DNA from: a virus
Length of the DNA: 64,000 nucleotides
Reading direction: 5' to 3' (one strand)
IMG/VR virus record: IMGVR_UViG_3300012964_000010
Coordinates: 63,321 to 127,320 of that record
Both the position numbers and the translations under genes were made by a program. The notes below the pieces were generated by a model. That model searched no databases, was not told the DNA's origin, and saw nothing but the letters and a program-made list of their open reading frames with translations. Below, in pieces: positions 51,839-58,191 of the stretch (the stretch's first letter is position 1; every line of letters starts with the position of its first letter).

Positions 51839-51914
51839 TGGTTGCGAGAGGGTGGAATCGAACCACCGATCTTCAGGTTATGAGCCTGATGAGTTACCGC
51901 TTCTCCACTCCGCG
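51839..51914 (-). tRNA. initiator-like tRNA-Met(CAT)
   Basis: C1:A72, TCAGG-CTCATAA-CCTGA. Confidence 0.85.
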
Positions 51915-51922
51915 TTAAACAT

Positions 51923-51999
51923 TGGTCCGGCCTCCAGGAATCGAACCTGGTTCATGTGCTCTTCAGGCACCTGCTATGACCACATCAGCTAAAGCCGGA
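51923..51999 (-). tRNA. tRNA-Phe(GAA)
   Basis: Loop CTGAAGA. Confidence 0.82.
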
Positions 52000-52070
52000 T
52001 ATAAACTCTCGGATAGTCTGCTCTATCCTTCCCTCTCTGTAAAGTTGCAGAATACAGAAGAGGAGTACCT

Positions 52071-52149
52071 TGGCGGGCCGCATAGGACTCGAACCTATAT
52101 TAACATCCGAATTTGGAGTCCGGGATCTTGCCAATTAGAAGAACGACCC
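52071..52149 (-). tRNA. tRNA-Trp(CCA)
   Basis: CCGGA-CTCCAAA-TTCGG. Confidence 0.85.
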
Positions 52150-52167
52150 ATTACACTATTTATGATT

Positions 52168-52252
52168 TGGCTCCACGGCTTGGTGTCGAACCAAGCTTAG
52201 ACTTTCGTCTACGGATTAACAGTCCGCTGCCACACCCCGCGGCTCCCGTGGA
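52168..52252 (-). tRNA. tRNA-Asn(GTT), long variable arm
   Basis: Loop CTGTTAA; extra arm AGAC-GAAA-GTCT. Confidence 0.75.
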
Positions 52253-52405
52253 ATAAAATTTATTGAAAAACAGATAGCAAAGATCACATAACCTATCTCG
52301 AGTTCAGTTACACAATGTCCGGGCGACTAGCTTATCCGAATCATTCAACAGTTGATCAATACCATTTAAAAACACTCGCTCTTATATCTGTTTATCGATA
52401 AATTC

Positions 52406-52479
52406 TGGTAGGACCTGAAAGACTCGAACTTTCACAAACCGCTAATCGGGCAGTCATTCTACCTTTAAATTAAGGTCCT
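52406..52479 (-). tRNA. tRNA-Ile(GAT), atypical loop
   Basis: ACTGC-CCGATTA-GCGGT. Confidence 0.75.
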
Positions 52480-52487
52480 AAAATCTA

Positions 52488-52859
52488 CTAAATTAAACAT
52501 GCAACAATGCCTAAGTAGGTTAGTGCATGTAAGAACTGATCGGCACCTAATAACCACCAAAATTGCTCATGTGTAGTTGGTCCCCAGCCCATCTTTTTAT
52601 TAATGTTTACCTTTGCCCAATCAATATGATAATGAATTAACATATCAATTAATCCCATAACAACTGCCATCGGCCACGATACAAACCAAATCAGTATAAG
52701 AAATGTACCGAATCCATGCAATTTAGCGTGTAATACGCCACCTGGGTGCCAATATGTACCTTTATTCAGATACTGATACGGTTTCTGTAAAGGGAAGTCT
52801 ACAATAAAATGTTTAATAAACAACCCAAATAAGATTAATAGCACCATCGTGGTTGTCAT
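52488..52859 (-). CDS. DUF3307 membrane protein
   Basis: KHFIVDFPLQ, HYHIDWAK and GADQFLH motifs. Confidence 0.8.
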   Translation of the reverse strand: MTTTMVLLILFGLFIKHFIVDFPLQKPYQYLNKGTYWHPGGVLHAKLHGFGTFLILIWFVSWPMAVVMGLIDMLIHYHIDWAKVNINKKMGWGPTTHEQFWWLLGADQFLHALTYLGIVACLI

Positions 52860-53171
52860 ATTGTACCTTTTAGAAAATTTGCTGTGTCCTCTTCGCTAAT
52901 TTGGTCATATCGTGGAATGTCCGGATCCATCCGTCCATCTAACCAACGACGTATTTTCATCTGATATAGATCAGTTGCCTTTAAATATCCATCTTTTCTA
53001 TCGATATCATACTTTTCACCTTCACACGAAAATGTAGCGCGGCGATTGCCTTTATCAGATTCATATAAATGAATATGATAGATATATGAAGCTCTTGGGT
53101 GAGCATGTTTGATAATCTTTACCAAACCCCATTTATCTTTTTTAAAGAAATTAAACATATGTATTTTCTAT

Positions 53172-53247
53172 TGGAGCGGGTAGCCGGTATCGAACCGAGC
53201 TATTTCAGTTTGGAAGACTGGTGTGTATCCATAAACACCTTACCCGC
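53172..53247 (-). tRNA. tRNA-Gly(TCC)
   Basis: Loop CTTCCAA. Confidence 0.85.
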
Positions 53248-53341
53248 AAAATTCACGTCCGATTTCTTAACGAGGGAGACGGACCTCCTCGACTTACGGA
53301 AGAGTCTACATGTACAAGGTAAACTCTCCTATCTTATGTTC

Positions 53342-54364
53342 TTAGACTCCAGTCCAGATTAGTACATTTGTATCTTCAACCAGTTTACGGTTGATAGACG
53401 TCGACTGAATAAAGATGTCGTATTGACCATGTTTACCGGGTGCGAGTTTTACTTCACCTGTGTGTGGCAAGCCGAGCATATCGCGTGCTGCAAATCCGCT
53501 ATAAACAGCGCCTTTTTTGTCACGAATAGCAATCTGCTTGTAGTCTTGCACGTTTTCAGTCTTGGTCAACTGATAGAATGCAGAACCCTTCACTAACGGC
53601 TTTTTGGTCTTCTGTTCTACAAAATCGCGAATCTGAATTCCACCTTCAGATGGTGCAACCTTAAACACCGAAACTTCGCCAGAGACATCTACTAGGTTCT
53701 TTTTAACTTCAGTAATTGTTACATTGCTCAAATCGGCATAAAATTTGTCAGTACTCTTCACGCCGGATGCACGAGCTGCATAGAATCCTTTAAATGCAGA
53801 ACGAGTGGCTGCGGTTGCAACCTGAACACCTCGATCGCTTTGATCCCATTCGAGAATATTTCCCTCTGGGATACCGTATTGTGTCAGATTACGCTTATAA
53901 CCACGTGGGACACGGAACACAAAAGTCCAACGATCAGTTGCCTGAAGTTCTTTAATTTTACGACCAATGGACGCGCCTGTCCAATTTCTTGAAGAATTTT
54001 CTTCACCATCAGTAATAACCATTACCACAAACGACACGTTAATGTCATCTGCATCAGGTACGGCCTGAAGTTGTTCAATCAGGTCACCGACGCTGTCGAA
54101 CAACGGAGTTGAATTACCATCAGCGATGTAATCGCCATCTTTAATAGGTTTCAACATCTGCACGTTAGAATTAACAACCTCACGAACAACTGCTGCCGGG
54201 CGGCCTGCACCACATTTTACCACACTAACAATAGTGTCAATGTTATGTTCAGTGGCACCTTCCTTAATGGAGGCAATGTTATCGTTATAGTCACGACCTG
54301 CGGCCAGTGCAATATGACTCATAGAACCGCTATGATCTCGGCTAATACCTACGTAGTTCTTCAT
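53342..54364 (-). CDS. vWA domain protein
   Basis: DHSGSM, TPLFDSVG and VITDGEENSS MIDAS motifs. Confidence 0.8.
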   Translation of the reverse strand: MKNYVGISRDHSGSMSHIALAAGRDYNDNIASIKEGATEHNIDTIVSVVKCGAGRPAAVVREVVNSNVQMLKPIKDGDYIADGNSTPLFDSVGDLIEQLQAVPDADDINVSFVVMVITDGEENSSRNWTGASIGRKIKELQATDRWTFVFRVPRGYKRNLTQYGIPEGNILEWDQSDRGVQVATAATRSAFKGFYAARASGVKSTDKFYADLSNVTITEVKKNLVDVSGEVSVFKVAPSEGGIQIRDFVEQKTKKPLVKGSAFYQLTKTENVQDYKQIAIRDKKGAVYSGFAARDMLGLPHTGEVKLAPGKHGQYDIFIQSTSINRKLVEDTNVLIWTGV

Positions 54365-54427
54365 ATGTACCTTTCTGTGTAAGAATGTAAAAACTACAGT
54401 TTAAGAGTATTTTTTACTCTTGTCAAA

Positions 54428-54544
54428 TGGTGTTGCTGCCTGGGATTCGAACCCAAGATCTACTCCTTGGAATGGAAATAGATTGCTGTAAGGATCCTTA
54501 ACAGGATCACCTTTTTAGTTGTTCTACCTTTAAACTACAGCAAC
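54428..54544 (-). ncRNA. tRNA/Y-motif chimera (copy 10)
   Basis: Acceptor GTTGCTG/CAGCAAC plus ACCA, D and T arms; insert GATCCT-GTTA-AGGATC-CTTACAGCAA before TCC-ATTCCAA-GGA. Confidence 0.72.
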
Positions 54545-54618
54545 ATATTTGGTGCCAATCATTTATCCGATATATACGGCTATAAGACCAGTTAGGAATA
54601 TCGGTAATCGGCGATGAT

Positions 54619-54694
54619 TGGTGGGTTGCCAGGGAGTCGAACCCTGCTAGATCTCCTTAAGAGGGAGGTACATCTGCCGCTCTGTCAACAACCC
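54619..54694 (-). tRNA. tRNA-Lys(CTT)
   Basis: Loop CTCTTAA. Confidence 0.88.
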
Positions 54695-54700
54695 ATAATC

Positions 54701-54811
54701 TGGTGGACCGCCTGGGATTCGAACCCAGATTACCTTGTACTTACGTACGGACGGAGTCGAACCGTCTCAATCGTGATGTGCACAGTCACGGGGCGCCGCA
54801 GCCCACAGCCC
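54701..54811 (-). ncRNA. tRNA-Ala-like RNA with two T arms
   Basis: Acceptor GGGCTGT/GCGGTCC (G3.U70) plus ACCA; GACGG-TTCGACT-CCGTC and CTGGG-TTCGAAT-CCCAG. Confidence 0.65.
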
Positions 54812-54816
54812 ATTAA

Positions 54817-54887
54817 TGGCAGGCCCCGCGGATTCTCACCACTCGTTCAAGTGTTTGGATCACTTGGACATACGATATAGAAGGCCT
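54817..54887 (-). pseudogene. degenerate tRNA-Trp(CCA)-like element
   Basis: Acceptor plus CAAGTG-ATCCAAA-CACTTG; D and T arms degenerate. Confidence 0.5.
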
Positions 54888-54941
54888 ATAATTGGAGCCC
54901 GAGGCGGATATATTGAATAGTAATCCGGTATCAGGCATATT

Positions 54942-55018
54942 TGGCGTCCTTAGAGGGAATCGAACCCTACTTCTGTAACGTGAAAGGCTACCGTCCTAGC
55001 CAAGTAGACGATAAGGAC
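54942..55018 (-). tRNA. tRNA-Glu(TTC)
   Basis: Loop CTTTCAC. Confidence 0.88.
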
Positions 55019-55023
55019 ATATT

Positions 55024-55098
55024 TGGAGTCGCATACGGGGATCGAACCCGTCTGATCAGCGTGAAAGGCTGAGGACCTCACCAAAAGTCAAATGCGAC
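55024..55098 (-). tRNA. tRNA-Glu(TTC)
   Basis: TCAGC-CTTTCAC-GCTGA. Confidence 0.82.
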
Positions 55099-55099
55099 A

Positions 55100-55339
55100 T
55101 TATTTAAATTTATATCTGACAACAACTGCCAGGCATACAATATTTATACTGTAATTGAAAAGCAACGGCATGTCATGCTTAGGTAAAACATAAGCAAACA
55201 TCATTAGTTCACCTATTAACCACATGATTAAAAACATATTGGATATACCATTTGAATGTTTTTGTTTGAAGGATTCCCATGCAAGCGGTATTCCGCAGAG
55301 TGCAAGCATAATACCACCCAACCACCCGATTAATTCCAT
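55100..55339 (-). CDS. PQ-loop/SemiSWEET-like membrane protein
   Basis: ELIGWLG...LA.C..P.A..S.K.K.S.GIS pattern, three TM helices. Confidence 0.75.
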   Translation of the reverse strand: MELIGWLGGIMLALCGIPLAWESFKQKHSNGISNMFLIMWLIGELMMFAYVLPKHDMPLLFNYSINIVCLAVVVRYKFK

Positions 55340-55343
55340 AGAA

Positions 55344-55742
55344 TTACCAATCCTTAAATTCTGATATGAATCTAATACCCGCTGTCATTCCGTTTTTAGG
55401 TGGATGGTATCTAAAAGTTACCTCAGTAAGATTACCAATCTTACTAATGGGGATGTAAAATAGTTCTTCTACATCAGGTATATACACAACAAACGCGTCG
55501 ATATTTTCTTCTGTGTATGATCGTCTATTAGTAAAAGTATTATTCTCTAATTTAAGTTGAATGGTGCCAGTCTTTGTTAGGCTTCGAAACTTAATTTGGA
55601 CACGTTTTGGGCCCAATCCTGTATCTAATACAAAATCATACGGGCAATCTTGTGGCATCTTGCCAACCCAATATCCTTTCTTGGCTGCGGCTAATACAAA
55701 TGCTGCTTCGCCTATGTCACCTTTATAATTTGTTATGCTCAT
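55344..55742 (-). CDS. PD-(D/E)XK homing-type endonuclease (I-Ssp6803I-like)
   Basis: KGDIGE, PYDFV.D, RVQIK and Y....IDAF.VY motifs. Confidence 0.8.
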   Translation of the reverse strand: MSITNYKGDIGEAAFVLAAAKKGYWVGKMPQDCPYDFVLDTGLGPKRVQIKFRSLTKTGTIQLKLENNTFTNRRSYTEENIDAFVVYIPDVEELFYIPISKIGNLTEVTFRYHPPKNGMTAGIRFISEFKDW

Positions 55743-55795
55743 ATAGTATCTCCATACTATATTTAGTCCATTCGTTGGGCCGACGGATGGTATAT

Positions 55796-55870
55796 TGGTT
55801 GCCGCGGGGAATTTCGAAATCCCGACTTTTGCCTTATCAAGACACTACTCTGCCTCTGAGTTACGCGGCA
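55796..55870 (-). tRNA. tRNA-Ile(GAT)
   Basis: Loop TTGATAA. Confidence 0.85.
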
Positions 55871-55876
55871 ATAAAA

Positions 55877-55953
55877 TGGTCTCGCACACACGACTCGAAC
55901 GTGCATCTTCCACGCCCCAAACGTGGTGACTTAGCCAATTAGCCCAATGCGAG
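55877..55953 (-). tRNA. tRNA-Pro(TGG)
   Basis: CCACG-TTTGGGG-CGTGG. Confidence 0.85.
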
Positions 55954-56017
55954 AAATAAATGTTTGATTTTGTAGAGGCACAATCAGGTAGGCTTTTCAT
56001 ACTATTCAAACTAAAAT

Positions 56018-56091
56018 TGGTGCCCCATGACAGAATCGAACTGCCGTCTTCACGTTACAAAGGTGTTGTTCTACCATTTAACTAATAGGGC
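56018..56091 (-). tRNA. tRNA-Thr(TGT)
   Basis: Loop TTTGTAA. Confidence 0.85.
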
Positions 56092-56099
56092 GAAAATAA

Positions 56100-56161
56100 A
56101 CAGAGTACGCATTTGGTTTCATTAAAAGTGAAAATTTTTGTGATTGCAGTAGGTACTCTTT
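56100..56161 (-). ncRNA. Y-RNA-like element (copy 11) with Lys(TTT) anticodon hairpin
   Basis: AGAGTAC/GTACTCT stem, TACTGCAA motif, TTTCA-CTTTTAA-TGAAA. Confidence 0.75.
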
Positions 56162-56258
56162 AAAATAGGTCCCGGGCTTCGTAGTACATTCAAAGTGTGT
56201 CTATACTTGTCCCGAGTTTGTAAAGCATAGATTAGGTAAGTAATCGCTTTACAATAAT

Positions 56259-56386
56259 TGGTGGAGCATCGGGGATTCGAACCCCTCACAGGCATCTCTG
56301 TCGGTATATACCCTAGCTTGATGATAAATCTCTGCAGATCCCTAACCGCATTCTGTGTTAGATTGTGCCGACCTACACTATGCCCC
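56259..56386 (-). ncRNA. tRNA-Ala-like RNA with ~50-nt insertion
   Basis: Acceptor GGGGCAT/ATGCTCC (G3.U70) plus ACCA, T arm GGGG-TTCGAAT-CCCC; 128 nt. Confidence 0.65.
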
Positions 56387-56391
56387 AAAAT

Positions 56392-56467
56392 TGGCGCCGC
56401 CAAGGGGAATCGGACCCCTACTTCAAGCGTGACAGGCTCGCGTGCAGAACCACTACACTATGACGGC
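56392..56467 (-). tRNA. tRNA-Asp(GTC)
   Basis: CGAGC-CTGTCAC-GCTTG. Confidence 0.85.
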
Positions 56468-56474
56468 TTATAGA

Positions 56475-56659
56475 ATTTGTTGTATTGTAGATTTTGTCAG
56501 GTTATTGTTCTACAACTTCACGACGCAACATCGGGTAGGACAAATATGCCCCTTTGCAACCATGCACCCGACTCCGCTGCTCGGTACCACATCTTAGTTT
56601 ACATGAATAGAGACGGTTGCGTCATATATCCACAACACTAAGTCGTCCGGACAACAAAT
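56475..56659 (-). ncRNA. putative ~185-nt structured RNA
   Basis: Closing stem ATTTGTTGT/ACAACAAAT; inner GACGCAAC/GTTGCGTC and TCGGGT/ACCCGA. Confidence 0.5.
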
Positions 56660-56740
56660 ATCTTGGTGGCGTGTCTACTCGGTAGCAATCAAACTTTCGT
56701 CTGGCTAGACTTTCGGTTCCGGAATGCACACGCCGTAACT

Positions 56741-56815
56741 TGGTGGACCGTAGCGGAGTCGAACCGCTTTCATCGACGTGCAAAGCCGAGGTAATATCCC
56801 GTATACGAACAGCCC
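56741..56815 (-). tRNA. tRNA-Ala(TGC)
   Basis: Loop TTTGCAC, G3.U70. Confidence 0.88.
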
Positions 56816-56823
56816 AAAATCTA

Positions 56824-56898
56824 TGGTGGAAGCCGAGGGAGTTGAACCCTTCTAGTCAGCAATCTTGCAAGGATTACCCGTAGCCCGCTACTGCCCCC
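56824..56898 (-). tRNA. tRNA-Ala(TGC), atypical D arm
   Basis: TAATC-CTTGCAA-GATTG, G3.U70. Confidence 0.72.
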
Positions 56899-57108
56899 GA
56901 TTTAATTCACCTCACCGGCTTTCGTAGCCGATATTTTTCTTATATGTTTCGTTTCCCTCAGCATTCTTATAACATAAGTTAGTAAAGTTACTACATACAC
57001 TGAATTGAAGGTACAGTAATGCAGACCTCAGTTCACTCAAAACCTCTTTGGTGATAAAATCTGATAAATGCCAGTGGACGTTTGACCTCATGCAACACTT
57101 ATCGAAAA

Positions 57109-57196
57109 TGGTGGGTACTATAGGATTCGAACCTATTCATCCTTAAGGAAACAGGGTTACAGCCTGCCACGCGCTCTCCAACTCGGTCGCGTACCC
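57109..57196 (-). tRNA. tRNA-Tyr(GTA)
   Basis: Loop CTGTAAC, long variable arm. Confidence 0.88.
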
Positions 57197-57433
57197 AAAA
57201 TCAACACACTCTTTCGAATGTGTGTAATAAAGGGTACAGCACCACGGACATTTCACTCCCATTTGGTTTCACTGTGCCCTTTATTACCCGGAATTTTACA
57301 CATCTGCGTTATCGCCACAGACTTATCATCCTCCGGTCCGCCCTCATTTGCAGCATGTTTTAAGTGCGCTGCCAGGCTCGCGTTGCCTGTAATATCTTCA
57401 CACTAACTAACCATCACGCTTCACAGCGATCAA

Positions 57434-57463
57434 TAAAAAAGCCGCTTAGTTTCCTAGCGGCTT
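57434..57463 (-). terminator. attenuator terminator at the head of the tRNA array
   Basis: AAGCCGCTAG-GAAA-CTAAGCGGCTT followed by TTTTATT; 5' arm is also complementary to 57507-57521. Confidence 0.85.
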
Positions 57464-57490
57464 CCTTTTATAAAACTTCTGGTTACTTTG

Positions 57491-57661
57491 TTAGTTTCCA
57501 GACTCCTTATAGAAGGAAGCCATGTGCATCGGATCTTGTTCAATACTATTAGGGTTTGTACCGAATGCACCTGTCTCGAGCCAATACCCATTGCAGACCG
57601 CAGATTTGCGAACTACTGTCGCAGCAAATGCTTTCTGATGTGATAAGGTCAAGCCAATCAT
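57491..57661 (-). CDS. putative attenuation leader peptide (56 aa, all 20 amino acids)
   Basis: MIGLTLSHQKAFAATVVRKSAVCNGYWLETGAFGTNPNSIEQDPMHMASFYKESGN*; GGAAAACAAA before the ATG; last codons overlap the antiterminator. Confidence 0.7.
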   Translation of the reverse strand: MIGLTLSHQKAFAATVVRKSAVCNGYWLETGAFGTNPNSIEQDPMHMASFYKESGN

Positions 57662-57716
57662 TTTGTTTTCCGTTTAAAATCCAAGTTTAATGTACAGGAA
57701 CTCACTTGTACAAAGT

Positions 57717-57724
57717 TATTTATC
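57717..57724 (-). promoter_or_regulatory. T4-like late promoter motif GATAAATA (recurs through the window)
   Basis: Same motif upstream of genes near 1142, 3459, 11936, 18692, 23737, 37487, 45348, 61081 (minus) and 8264 (plus). Confidence 0.6.
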
Positions 57725-57906
57725 ATCTGTCTCAAAAATGCTGTAGATAATTGGTAGCCTGTACACAATGTGGCTACAACCTTCAATATAAGCATCTTCT
57801 TAATCTATGCAGTAACTTTAACACATGTTATAGCGATCTGTCAAGTTATTCAAGTTATCTTCTTAGAGACAGATATATTGTACTGCATTTTTATTTATCA
57901 CTTTGT

Positions 57907-58174
57907 ATTATAGCACCACTAAAAATAGTGTCAAATACACCAAAAATTAGTAAAACACAGAGCGAGCTATTATCGACCCGATCGCTTGCTCTCTCATCTA
58001 TCGGGCGTCGGGCCTCTCCGATAAATCTCTGTATTTATAATAAACTGCATTGTAACACTAATTTAGGCAAGTGTCAACCAACTCACTTAGGTTGAATTTA
58101 CCTGGTCTATTTGGACTTCACTATAAATTTGCGTTACAGATGCTATTGTATATGCATATTATATATGTGTCAAC
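57907..58174 (-). promoter_or_regulatory. three tandem sigma70-type promoters upstream of the leader and tRNA array
   Basis: TTGACA-N17-TACAAT near 58146-58174 and 58049-58077; TTGACA-N16-TATAAT with TG extension at 57907-57934. Confidence 0.65.
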
Positions 58175-58191
58175 CTCGATAGTTTCCGCTT

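Noticed and set aside
51923-51999. Possible opal (UCA) suppressor or Sec tRNA to explain the UGA
   Set aside because: The loop reads CTGAAGA, anticodon GAA (Phe); I found no UCA-anticodon tRNA in the window
16353-56161. Repeated TCTTTAAA read as boxA antiterminators or CRISPR repeats
   Set aside because: The boxA-like reading is on the antisense strand; copies are dispersed and covary as an RNA helix, with no regular spacers or cas genes
51721-57552. Plus-strand and short minus-strand ORFs across the tRNA cluster
   Set aside because: They are translations of tRNA/ncRNA sequence without RBS or motifs
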